NCBI GenBank assembly: GCA_963675745.2
Contig: CAXXWX010000001.1
Coordinates: 32,001-96,000, forward strand
DNA: 64,000 nucleotides
Origin: Phycisphaerae bacterium
GTDB taxonomy: Bacteria; Planctomycetota; Phycisphaerae; UBA1845; Fen-1342
Direction of reading: 5' to 3'
Part shown: positions 38,987 through 48,674 of the stretch, in pieces
Position numbering within the stretch: position 1 is the first letter of the stretch
Layout of the letters: every line of letters begins with the position of its first letter
Translations under genes and position numbers: made by a program
The notes under the pieces: generated by a model
What the model was told of the DNA's origin: nothing
The model's input: the letters and a program-made list of their open reading frames with translations, nothing else
The model's database searches: none

Positions 38987-41554
38987 TTAACCGCCGCTCA
39001 AGAGAGCCACGAACGGATCGATGTCGGCGTTGTTCACGACGTCATCACCGTTCAGGTCGGCGTTCATTATGTTGCAGTCCGGGAACGCCGCCGCATAGGC
39101 GGCCGGGTCGGTCAACGCCTGCACGAACGGGTCGATGTCGGCGTTGTTCACAATTCCATCACAGTTCATATCGCCGGGGCTTTCCGACGAGGTGAGCGCG
39201 ATTGATGCCGAGCGCATGACCTCCGGCGGGCACTTGCCGTTGTCGTTCCACAGGTCATACATTTCCTGGCCCAGCGTGTTGGTGGTGTTCTCGTCACGCA
39301 GAAACTCGATGAACTCCTTGCTGGTGCTCTGGTAATACAGGGTCACATCGGCCGACGTGGCGCCCGCGGGAATGCTGTAGTACGTGTCATCCCAGTATTG
39401 CCCGTCCGGATAGCTGTAGCCGACGTGGGAGCCGCCGAAGTTGGCGTAGGCGGCATTCGTAAAGCCGCGCGGCGGAATCCGGTTGTCCTTGAACACAGCG
39501 TTATTCAGCGCGAAGTGGAACGACGGCCCCGGCTCAACACCTACCAGCGGCGCGGTGACTTCGTCAAGCCCGGGTTCAATCTCGTAGATCTTGGCTTCGG
39601 CATCGTGGCCCAGCTCGCCCGTCTCCAGATCGTAAGCAGCCGACTCGGAGATCAGCGTCATGCCGGCGTCATAGAACTTTACGTTGATCCAGATACGCCG
39701 GCCTTCCGGATAGCCGGTGGGCAACTTGTGACCGGTTTCGTTGGTCACGGTGACTTGCAGGTCGTCACCGTCCTGTTCCAGATCCAACTGCGCCGCGTTC
39801 TGAAGCATGTACCTGGCGCGCAGAATGCCGGCCTGCAAGGCCGCATCGTTGACTTCTCCTGGATAGAGACCGTTTATCAACCCTGGGTACCAGGTGCTGC
39901 CGCCGGTCATGTCGTGAAGCGGCAAGTCGGTGCGCGTGGGCGGCGTGCCGAAATTGCAGCCTTCGCCGGTGACGTCGTGCATGTGGCAATCCTGGCAGGT
40001 AGCGACGTAATCCTTGTTACCACCGAACTGCGGGGCATAGACGCCTTCGGGCGAGTTATATTCGCTGTTGAACCACTCGCTATAAGTACGCTCGACCGGA
40101 GCGATGGTGTTGGCGGAAAAGTCGGTCGCCGTCGTGTCGAAGGCGTTCGGCACGTAGTGGCCGAGTCCATCCTTCTCGAACGCCGGGTTGCTGACGTCAT
40201 GACAGGTGCCGCACAAGGCCGCTTCGCGGTGGAATGGAGAGACCAGGATGGGGTGCCCGCTGGTGGCATCGACGAAAGGCCCCCGCCTGGCGCCGGTGGG
40301 ATCGATCGTGCCCATGCCGGTGCCGAAGGTGCTGGCCGGGAAGCTGAGTGCTGCGAGGATTGCCGCGTCTTCCGGCGGGTTCGCGCCCGGATCGTAAATC
40401 GGATCAACGAGGCGATGGCAATAGTCACAGGCCACGCCGCTCTCGTCGGTCACCAGCATCTGGCTGCCATCAGTCGGCACCGAGCGGCCCTGCAACCAGC
40501 CGCGCGGCAGGTGGCATCGCAGACAGATATCGCCAGAGTCGGGCGCATCCTGGTTGGCGATGGTCATGTTGGCCATGAAGATCAGGTCACGCGACGCCTG
40601 AGACATCATGCTGCCCTGCCAGTTGTAGTAGGGCTCGACGGCTTCATCGTAGCCGCCGTGGCAGGGCGAGCAGGCCTCGGGCGGGTTCAGAATGCCCGCC
40701 TCCAGCGGCTGTGTGCCCGGCATGTCGAAGTCTCGCAGCGTGGTGGGGGCGAGTCCGCCGGGGGGTGCCTCGACGTTGAAGGCCGCGTCGCTATCATCCT
40801 GACCCTGGTTGAATGCGTTGTCAGTCGCCACCACGCGGAATATCGCCTCGGTGGTGGGCCGGTTGGCCACAAACCAGGTGTAGCTGCCGGTATTGGGCAA
40901 CCCGAAAGCCAATGCGCGGAAGGTCGCGCCGTTGTCGTCCGACGCATAGAGGTCGATCGCGGCGATGCCGCTGGCGTCGCCGGCGGTCCACTGCACCGTT
41001 GTGCCGGCGTTACCCACATACGTCTCGCCGCCGTTCGGGACAATCACCGCGACGGTCGGCGGCGTGGTATCGCTGCCCGTGCTGGGCACGAGGTGGGTCT
41101 GAATCTCGGCAATATCGACGTTGGCCGTGCTGCTCACATTGGCCGGCGTCAGACCCGGGAAAGTCGGCGTATTCGCGTACGTGGTGACGTCGGTCGCCTC
41201 GATGAGCGTACTGAACCCATCACCATCGGGGTCCTCGTTCTCAATCGACTGAACGGCCTGACGCCGCCCGTTGGGGTTACTGGAGAAATTCGGCAACACC
41301 TCCTCCAGGCGTGCCCCGTACGGGTTGCGTGTACCGCCGCCGGTGAAGTCGTAGTGGCAGACGCCGCAGTGGTCCGGTTGGCTTGGTACCGTCCCGATTG
41401 TCGTCGTCTCCGCGTCCGGGTAGACGGCAAAGAACGCATCACGAATGTTGCTGCGGGCCTCCGCGCTGGGAATGCCCACGGCGACACAAAGCACAACCGG
41501 TACCAGAAGCCAGAGCGTGGTATTCGATACGCGAGTGTGGGTGTGAGTGTACAT
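38987..41554 (-). CDS. Secreted hexaheme c-type cytochrome with Ig-like domain and dockerin-like tail
   Basis: ATG 41554 after GGAGG; signal AEA-R; 6 CxxCH (CGVCH, CSPCH, CLRCH, CDYCH, CGTCH, CQDCH); PNGGET Ig-like domain; GHKLPTG and DNRIPPRG motifs; tail with NNADID twice. Confidence 0.9.
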   Translation of the reverse strand: MYTHTHTRVSNTTLWLLVPVVLCVAVGIPSAEARSNIRDAFFAVYPDAETTTIGTVPSQPDHCGVCHYDFTGGGTRNPYGARLEEVLPNFSSNPNGRRQAVQSIENEDPDGDGFSTLIEATDVTTYANTPTFPGLTPANVSSTANVDIAEIQTHLVPSTGSDTTPPTVAVIVPNGGETYVGNAGTTVQWTAGDASGIAAIDLYASDDNGATFRALAFGLPNTGSYTWFVANRPTTEAIFRVVATDNAFNQGQDDSDAAFNVEAPPGGLAPTTLRDFDMPGTQPLEAGILNPPEACSPCHGGYDEAVEPYYNWQGSMMSQASRDLIFMANMTIANQDAPDSGDICLRCHLPRGWLQGRSVPTDGSQMLVTDESGVACDYCHRLVDPIYDPGANPPEDAAILAALSFPASTFGTGMGTIDPTGARRGPFVDATSGHPILVSPFHREAALCGTCHDVSNPAFEKDGLGHYVPNAFDTTATDFSANTIAPVERTYSEWFNSEYNSPEGVYAPQFGGNKDYVATCQDCHMHDVTGEGCNFGTPPTRTDLPLHDMTGGSTWYPGLINGLYPGEVNDAALQAGILRARYMLQNAAQLDLEQDGDDLQVTVTNETGHKLPTGYPEGRRIWINVKFYDAGMTLISESAAYDLETGELGHDAEAKIYEIEPGLDEVTAPLVGVEPGPSFHFALNNAVFKDNRIPPRGFTNAAYANFGGSHVGYSYPDGQYWDDTYYSIPAGATSADVTLYYQSTSKEFIEFLRDENTTNTLGQEMYDLWNDNGKCPPEVMRSASIALTSSESPGDMNCDGIVNNADIDPFVQALTDPAAYAAAFPDCNIMNADLNGDDVVNNADIDPFVALLSGG

Positions 41555-41834
41555 GCAGTCCGCCTCCAGATGTGTTGCCGCGCCTCCGTGACCAGAATCA
41601 CTGCGCAAGCGTTCCGTGCCCTGAATCCACGGTCTGCACATAGCTGGCCACGGTCGTGAAGCCCCCGCACCGTGGTAAAGCAGACACCACAATTGACATG
41701 GTGTCATGCCTCACGGACAACTGGATATGCCTGTAGGGATATTACCGGGTACCGGCCACGGCGTCAAGCAATTCGGAGTGTCGGGGTCGGATATAGGCCG
41801 TACACGCCCATTACTCGCGGCATGCCCTCGGGGA

Positions 41835-44258
41835 TCAGCGCGCCGCCCCGTCCGTACCACGCAGTTTGCGGAGTTGCCGTAGACAATAGCGGCCAAGGCG
41901 CTCGCGCTGGCTGCCGTGCGGCATGATCCGAACACGTGTGCGATAAAGCGCTTGAAGCAGGCGCCAGGCGGCGCTGTTGTGAATGCTGGTAAGCTGACGG
42001 CGGATATCCGCAAACTCGGCGGACTCCTGGGCCGTGCGGGCGTCGAGCGCCTGGTAGTTCCGCCAGAGCTGGTCGGCCTCGGCGGACTTCGCAGCCAGCC
42101 GGGCGTCAAGCTCGTGGTACTGACTGAGCAGATCGCCCGCCTCCGACCATTTCTGATCCAGCACGCCGCTCAGCCGCGTGAACTCGACCGCCTGGTTGGC
42201 CGCTTCGTCCAGGTAACGCGGATCAACGCTGTCCAACGGAAGGCGGCGCTGGCCGTCCTTGAGCTGGCGCAAGAGCTCTTCCATTCGAGCGCCCATGTGC
42301 TTCAGTTGAAAGTGCTCAACGACACGGCGGCGCGCGTTGGCGCCCATCGCATGACAACGCTCGGGATCGCGCAGCAACGCGCCGAGCTGTTCGCTGTACT
42401 GCTGAACCTCCGTGTCGGCATCCGCGCGGGGCAGGAGTATGCCGCAGTCGGGCGTAACCAGCTCGCGCTGGCCGCCAACCACGGCTCCGACAACCGCCAC
42501 CCCCATCGACATGGCCTCGTAGATCGAGAGCGCGATGCCCTCCCAGCGCGACGGCAGGAAGAAAACATCGCAAGCGTCAAGCAGTCCCTTCATCTGGTCA
42601 TTGGGCACGTTACCGAGCAGCGTCACGCAGTTTTGCAGTTCGTGTTCAGCCACGTATTGCTTGAGCCAGGGGAAGTCTTCACCGTCGCCGGCGACCAGCG
42701 CGCGGAAGCGCACACCGGCTTGGGATAGCTCGTTCATCACGCGCGCGAAGACGCGCGGTTGCTTTTGCTCGCAGATGCGCCCCGCGTAAAGCAGGACCGG
42801 CAACATCTCATCGGCGATGCGGTGTTTTCGGCGCTGCGCCGCCCGCAGGGCCGCGTCGGGCTTCCAGAAATCCGTATCAATGTTGATGTGCACCACTTCG
42901 ATGGCGTCCGGGTCCGCACCGCGCTTGACCATCCACGATTTCAGGTGCTGCGAGGCCACCACGTTCAGATCGAGAATGCTCTGGCACGCGACGGCGAACC
43001 GCGGATAGCCGCCGTTCTTCCAGTAGTCCTCCTCCATGTGACAGTAATCGCAGTAGGCCGGCTCGGGACAGTGGCCCCGCAGGTATGGCAGCAACAGGTA
43101 GCCGATCTCGCTATTGCTGACCACGACCACATCGGGACGCCGTGAATTGATGAAATAGCGCGCGAACGCGGGGAAGTCGGTGAGGCGCAGGAAGTTGTCG
43201 AGGATGAAGATGTCGGGCGTGTGGCTGGCGAACTCCGGGGCCCAGGTGTTATCGCCGGGCTGGGTGGCCAGGATCGACACCTCCCATCCGCGCTGCACGA
43301 GCTGTGCGGTGAGATCGAGATTGAACTTGTCGGCCCCCCCCATTGTCATCCATGGCAGGATCATGACGACGCGCGGGCGTGACTTGGTCAGGATGTTGAT
43401 CGACGGCACGTGGGTGCGGATCGCGTCGTACGGCATGTGCCAGCGCCGTTCGATCTTGGGAAACCCCTTGTCGTACAGCTTCGGGAAGCGCTCGCGCAAC
43501 TGCTTGGCAAAAGCCGCCTGTCGCGCGCCGCTGTCGAGATTCTCCCAGCGGTCGCCGTGATCCTCGCGACGCCGGTACCAGGCGATGTAGTCGGGAATCG
43601 TGCCGCCCCACAGGCCCAGGTTCGCGACACGCAGCCAGAAGTCCCAATCCTCCATGCCGCCGCGGATCGACTCGTCAAAGCCCCCGGCGCGCCGATGGGC
43701 ATCGCGGCGGATCATGGCCTGTGCGGTGATCCAATTGGCGGTCAGGAACCCATCGGCCTTGTCAAACCCGTGATCCCACAGATATTCCTGCGCGCCGAAA
43801 CCCACAGTGCGGCCATTCGAGACCGCGTACTCGGGATACGATTCGAGGTGCCAGTAGAGTTTCTCCAGCGTGGTGGGTTCGAGCAAGTCGTCGTCATCGA
43901 GCAGAAACGCGCGATCGGTCGTCGCGGCGGCGAAACCGGTGTTGCGCGAGGCGGCCAGCCCTTTGTTCTGCGGGTGGTCGATGACCCGGATGCGAGCGTC
44001 ACGATCGCGGTATTGATCGAGAATGCGCAGGGCGCCGGCATCGGTCGAGGCGTCGTTGACGATCAGCCACTCCCACTGCTGCAAGCTCTGCCGCAGCACG
44101 GATTGCGCGGTTTCGTGAAAGATCTCGCGCGTGTTGTAAAACGGCGTGATGACGCTGACCACGGGTCGCGCTTGCGCGTCGTCCAGGTCGTATTCAAACC
44201 TGGGGCGCCGGTTCGAGACGGGCGTATTGCCGTAATCCGGGCGCCGTGGATCAATCAT
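41835..44258 (-). CDS. Bifunctional glycosyltransferase (GT2 + GT4-like) with C-terminal coiled coil
   Basis: VSVITPFYN, VNDAST, LDDDD and EDWDFW (GT2); MGGADK, GRICEQK and PSRWEGIALSIYEAM (GT4). Confidence 0.92.
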   Translation of the reverse strand: MIDPRRPDYGNTPVSNRRPRFEYDLDDAQARPVVSVITPFYNTREIFHETAQSVLRQSLQQWEWLIVNDASTDAGALRILDQYRDRDARIRVIDHPQNKGLAASRNTGFAAATTDRAFLLDDDDLLEPTTLEKLYWHLESYPEYAVSNGRTVGFGAQEYLWDHGFDKADGFLTANWITAQAMIRRDAHRRAGGFDESIRGGMEDWDFWLRVANLGLWGGTIPDYIAWYRRREDHGDRWENLDSGARQAAFAKQLRERFPKLYDKGFPKIERRWHMPYDAIRTHVPSINILTKSRPRVVMILPWMTMGGADKFNLDLTAQLVQRGWEVSILATQPGDNTWAPEFASHTPDIFILDNFLRLTDFPAFARYFINSRRPDVVVVSNSEIGYLLLPYLRGHCPEPAYCDYCHMEEDYWKNGGYPRFAVACQSILDLNVVASQHLKSWMVKRGADPDAIEVVHINIDTDFWKPDAALRAAQRRKHRIADEMLPVLLYAGRICEQKQPRVFARVMNELSQAGVRFRALVAGDGEDFPWLKQYVAEHELQNCVTLLGNVPNDQMKGLLDACDVFFLPSRWEGIALSIYEAMSMGVAVVGAVVGGQRELVTPDCGILLPRADADTEVQQYSEQLGALLRDPERCHAMGANARRRVVEHFQLKHMGARMEELLRQLKDGQRRLPLDSVDPRYLDEAANQAVEFTRLSGVLDQKWSEAGDLLSQYHELDARLAAKSAEADQLWRNYQALDARTAQESAEFADIRRQLTSIHNSAAWRLLQALYRTRVRIMPHGSQRERLGRYCLRQLRKLRGTDGAAR

Positions 44259-44361
44259 CTTCTGTCATGCCTCCAGCGCGTGGCACACGCCGCGGTGTGC
44301 CCGCGTGGTGCGACTGCACTCGGACCGTTGACGCGTCCGCCATTCCGTGCCCATCACGTGC

Positions 44362-47049
44362 TCAACTCGGTGGCAAATCCTTCAACAGCCGCGTCCGCCG
44401 CAGGATACGGAAGAGACGCTGTTGTTTCCAGCGTTGCTGGCTGTCGCGCGCATCGGCCATCGCATCGCGATCACGTTCCAACGCCGCACCCAACTCAGAG
44501 ATCTGCGACCGTTGCCGCTCTATCACGGCCTGTAACTCATCGACCATACCCGCGAGCTTGCGGCGTTCGGCGTCGTGCCCGGAGTTCGCCTTCTCCAACT
44601 CGGCAACCCAGGCGCGCAGCTCCTCGATTGCGTTGCGTTGATCGGCGGCCGCCGAGCGGTGCAGCTTCCACTGCTCCTCAAGCCAGTCCTTGCCCTTGGC
44701 CAGATCCTGCGAGTTACGCTGGAGCTCCGCGATAACGTGCTCCTGGTCGGCGACCTTGGACGCAAACCGGCACCGCTGCTCGTCAAGCCAGGACTTGGCC
44801 TCCTCGAGGTTCTCCGCCCACCGGCGCAGCTCGGCGATCGTGGCGTCGCGTTCACGAATCTGCCGCAAGTAGTCGCGGCGCTTGTCCTTCAGCCACTCGC
44901 GCGAGTCCTCGTGGTCGGCCGACCATTCTTCAGTCGTACCGGCGGCCTCCTCCTGCAATACATCAATCCACCGTCGCAGATCGCGGGAATCACGCTGATA
45001 GAGAGTCAGTTCGCGAGAGAGATTCGCGTGCGTGCGCGACCAGGCGTATCCAGGGCGTTCCTTCCAGAGGTCCAGGACGCCCAGGCCATAGGCGCAGCGC
45101 GCCGCCAGATCGGCGAGTTGGGCCACTTCGGGCAGACCGAATGTCGCCGGACGCGCGATATCACCCCAGACGTTGGCCCAGTCGCCCTGTAGCACACGCC
45201 GGGCCTCGCGCAGGCCGCGCTGCCAGCTCTCGCGTGTGGCATCGAGCTTTCCGTCCAGAAGGTCGAGCATGCCGACGTGGAAACAGGCGTCGATGGTCTT
45301 GGTTGCCAGCAATGGGCTGAAGCGCACCGGATTCAGCTCGGCACACGCCGCGAACGCCGCTCTGGAGGCATCTCGGCGTCCGACTTTCAGGAGCAACCGG
45401 GCGATGACGTACTGGTTGGAGATCCGCCAACGCCACGCGTGAGCGGTATCGTCGGCCTCGGCGTGGTAGGCTTCGATGCGCTCGGCCAAATGCGCTACTT
45501 CATCGTGCGTGGTGGAATCGCTCTCGAGGAGACGATATGCCAGCACGCAGATCGCCGCCCCCGCGTCCGCCGAGCCGGGCCGCGCCGCGTTCAGCACATC
45601 TTGAGCAAGATCGTGAAGCAGTCCAGCGCTCGTTGCACGCAGGCCGATGGACACCATACCCCGCACCAGCCAGGGATTGTCGTAGTCCCGGTTGAAAGCG
45701 GTGATGTGGCAGTTTTCGATATCGGCATAGTCCGAGCCAGTGGTCTCACGGTAGCCCGCCGCCGCCGTGGCTACCGGGTCCTTCATTCCGACGGCCACCC
45801 ACCACTCGGCGTCGCGCTCCTGGAGTTCGGCGGGCGGCGCCTCGAACAGCTTGCGCTGGCCGTTGGCAAGCTTGAGCGCGCCGCCGGCAATCTGTCCGTA
45901 TGCCTTCTCGAGGCGGAAACGCTCGGACAGCTCTTCGCGCAGACGCGGCCAGGTGTAGACGTGCTGGTGATGCGGGTTGGGGTCGCGGCCGGTCTCGTCG
46001 GTCCATTCATTGGGGACGCTGACGATGATGCGGCCGGCCGGTCGCAGCACTCGATGAATCTCACGCAGGAAATCGCGCGGCTGGCGCAGGTGCTCGAGCG
46101 TCTCCATCACGACGGCCAGGTCGACTGACTGATCGGGCAGAAAAGCCAGTTCCGCCGCATCAGCGCAATGGAATTCGACATCGGAGTAATCCGGTGCGAA
46201 GCACGCGTTGGCATATGCAATCGCGGACTCGCTGTTGTCCACGCCGATCACGCGCGCCGCCGCACTGCCGGCTGTCAGGATTGCGGTGCCATAGCCCATG
46301 CCACAGGCCAAGTCGAGCACAACATCGCCGGGGCGCACGTAGGGCAGCGCCAATGCATAGCGCGCAATGTGCGCATCCGAGCGGCGCCCGCTCTCACGCA
46401 ACATATCAGTGTGCAGCGTGCGTTCGCGCTGAAGGGTCTCAAGCGGGAACGCCGCCACCGCGGCGGCCGGCATCTTCTCAAAGATCAGCATGATCTGAGG
46501 AGGCTCATACTCGAGCATCTCGTAGTTGATAACGCTTTGCAGACGCGGGTGACGCCGAAACCCGGCTTCAAAGAACCGGCGTTCCCACCAGGCGCGTTCG
46601 CGCACCGTCAGGTGCCAGCGCCGATCACGGTCCGGCGCCGTCGCCACCGTGAGGAAAGCGAACCGCCGCGCCACGCGGTGAAGCTCGTGAACGGCTTTGG
46701 GGATGTCCTCCTCGGCGAGATGTTCGAGAACATCCGTGCTGACCACTGTCTCGAACGCGCTGTCGTCGAATGGAAGCCGCAAAACGGAGCCCTGGCAAAA
46801 TCGCCCGGGGGCAAGCGAATTCGTATATTCAACAGCGCGCGCGGAAACGTCTATCCCGGTGGCATCGATGCCAGCGGCGAGAAAAACGCGCACCAGGGCC
46901 CCCATGCCACAACCGACATCGAGCAATGAGCCGGTGCCGCAGGTCGAGAGCACACGCTCGGCCAGCGCCTGCGCATCCTGAAACGAGTGCTGACCCCAAC
47001 GGTCGGCCCTGCCCCAGTAGTCGTCATAAAGCCCGGCGTAGTCAGGCAA
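44362..47049 (-). CDS. Double SAM-dependent methyltransferase-domain protein with long C-terminal coiled coil
   Basis: LLDVGCGMG..DVLEHL and VLDLACGMGYG..ETLEHL motifs; heptad-rich tail. Confidence 0.88.
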   Translation of the reverse strand: MPDYAGLYDDYWGRADRWGQHSFQDAQALAERVLSTCGTGSLLDVGCGMGALVRVFLAAGIDATGIDVSARAVEYTNSLAPGRFCQGSVLRLPFDDSAFETVVSTDVLEHLAEEDIPKAVHELHRVARRFAFLTVATAPDRDRRWHLTVRERAWWERRFFEAGFRRHPRLQSVINYEMLEYEPPQIMLIFEKMPAAAVAAFPLETLQRERTLHTDMLRESGRRSDAHIARYALALPYVRPGDVVLDLACGMGYGTAILTAGSAAARVIGVDNSESAIAYANACFAPDYSDVEFHCADAAELAFLPDQSVDLAVVMETLEHLRQPRDFLREIHRVLRPAGRIIVSVPNEWTDETGRDPNPHHQHVYTWPRLREELSERFRLEKAYGQIAGGALKLANGQRKLFEAPPAELQERDAEWWVAVGMKDPVATAAAGYRETTGSDYADIENCHITAFNRDYDNPWLVRGMVSIGLRATSAGLLHDLAQDVLNAARPGSADAGAAICVLAYRLLESDSTTHDEVAHLAERIEAYHAEADDTAHAWRWRISNQYVIARLLLKVGRRDASRAAFAACAELNPVRFSPLLATKTIDACFHVGMLDLLDGKLDATRESWQRGLREARRVLQGDWANVWGDIARPATFGLPEVAQLADLAARCAYGLGVLDLWKERPGYAWSRTHANLSRELTLYQRDSRDLRRWIDVLQEEAAGTTEEWSADHEDSREWLKDKRRDYLRQIRERDATIAELRRWAENLEEAKSWLDEQRCRFASKVADQEHVIAELQRNSQDLAKGKDWLEEQWKLHRSAAADQRNAIEELRAWVAELEKANSGHDAERRKLAGMVDELQAVIERQRSQISELGAALERDRDAMADARDSQQRWKQQRLFRILRRTRLLKDLPPS

Positions 47050-47256
47050 GTACGCGGTCCCTCTCTCTTCTCACGCCGCACAACCGGCCGTTGCCTCTAC
47101 TCGCTCGTATGACAAGGGCGGCATGGTGCGGTTGGCGGGTTGGCGGAACCCCGCGGGCCCCCGCTCCCGGCACGCTTCCAGTGGCCACAACTTAGAGCGC
47201 GAGACCACAATCCGCAAGCGGCGCTGATTCGCGTGCCCGGCGCCGATGCGCGTCGA

Positions 47257-48336
47257 TCAGTCGCATGGCAGTTGCACTGGATTCTCCAGCACCGAAACGC
47301 GCCCACTGTCCGCGTCAACCTCAACCAGCGCACCAATCGGCAGGGTTGCGTTGTGCCGCGCGTGCCCCACCGGGAAGTTCCTGATTACCGGGACGCCCAG
47401 CGGCGCGAAGTAGTCCAGGAGTACCTGATCGAGGCTCAGGCTTTCCTCAGCGTCTTTGGGATCGCAATCGCTGAACTGCCCCAGAATGACCCCGGCGAGG
47501 TTGTCCAGCTTGCCCGCCAGCCGTAACTGGCACAAGCAGCGGTCGATCCGGTAAGGGCGTTCGCCGACATCTTCCAGCAGCAGAACCCGGCCGTCGGTGT
47601 CGATTTCGTACGGCGTTCCGATCAGGGCGGCGACGAGCGAGAGATTGCCGCCGGTCAGCCGCCCGCGGCCGACGCCGGGGGACATTACCTCGACCGGCGC
47701 GACATCGGCCGGGATTTCCAGCACATATCCCACCGGGGGCGCCTCGTCCTCGGGAGGCGCGTATTGCTCTTGAAGCAGCGCACGCCAGAAGTACCGGGCC
47801 GAGAACGGGTGCAGGTTGTCAGGGCTGCCCAGGCCCCACATGGGGTTAGGGCTGTGAAAGCTGACCAGGCCGGTCTTCGCCTGGATCGCCAGATGCAACG
47901 CGGTGATGTCGCTGAACCCCACCAGGATCTTGGGGTTACGCCGAATCACATCGTAGTCAATCCGGTCAAGGATGCGTGTCGCGCCATAGCCGCCGGTCCC
48001 GGGGAAGATGGCGCGCACATCAGGGTCCTCAAACGCGGCCATTAGCTCGCGCACGCGCACATCGTCATCGCCGGCGAGATAGCCGCGTCGGCGGTAGAGG
48101 TCATCCGGCACGCTCACCTCAAAACCGCGTTCTTCAAGCCGGCTACGCACCAGTTCCATGCGTGTGCGGTCCAGCGTGCCGGCCGGCGCGACAAACGCGA
48201 TTTTGTCGCCGGGCTTCAGCGCCGGAGCGAAGATGGGTGATAGCGGGCCTTTTTCCGCGACACATCCAGGCGCGACACCCACCATCAGGATCCACACCAG
48301 GCCGGCGACGCATCTTGCAGCCATGCACCCGTCCAT
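47257..48336 (-). CDS. LD-carboxypeptidase (peptidase S66), putative lipoprotein
   Basis: GGYG, GFSDIT (Ser), GGNLS, LEDVGE (Glu) and GH (His) triad motifs; APGC lipobox; AGGAGG before ATG 48336. Confidence 0.93.
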   Translation of the reverse strand: MDGCMAARCVAGLVWILMVGVAPGCVAEKGPLSPIFAPALKPGDKIAFVAPAGTLDRTRMELVRSRLEERGFEVSVPDDLYRRRGYLAGDDDVRVRELMAAFEDPDVRAIFPGTGGYGATRILDRIDYDVIRRNPKILVGFSDITALHLAIQAKTGLVSFHSPNPMWGLGSPDNLHPFSARYFWRALLQEQYAPPEDEAPPVGYVLEIPADVAPVEVMSPGVGRGRLTGGNLSLVAALIGTPYEIDTDGRVLLLEDVGERPYRIDRCLCQLRLAGKLDNLAGVILGQFSDCDPKDAEESLSLDQVLLDYFAPLGVPVIRNFPVGHARHNATLPIGALVEVDADSGRVSVLENPVQLPCD

Positions 48337-48674
48337 CAGCTCATCCTCCTGCCGGTTTGCTTGATGCCGAGGTGAGAATGGTGACACGCCTGCCGGATCC
48401 ACGCAACGCGCTGACGGCCGTTAGCGTCGTTAGCCCGTGCGGCGTGCATCCGGCGGCTGACAGAGCGAAAAACCTCACCAGCCCTTGCGGACGACCGACG
48501 TGTCGCTAGCATGCTCGGCATAGGTGAGGGCCATCCACTCAGCGCTGCCGGCGACTCGAGGCAGGTGCCGTCGCGTTGAGTTTTGTGGAAATTTCCAAGG
48601 GCAGGCGTCCGTAAACGCGTGAATAGATGTGAGGAACAGGTGTTCCCACCACAATCTCTGCAAGCTAGGAGTCC

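Noticed and set aside
2596..39178. Dispersed tail-coding repeats as a diversity-generating retroelement or mobile element
   Set aside because: No reverse transcriptase, transposase or terminal repeats were seen; the differences look like ordinary protein divergence rather than adenine-specific changes.
39398..41659. Long antisense ORFs (e.g. 753 aa here; also 28675-30594, 32984-34390, 53919-55319)
   Set aside because: Shadow ORFs expected in high-GC coding DNA opposite well-supported genes; no motifs.
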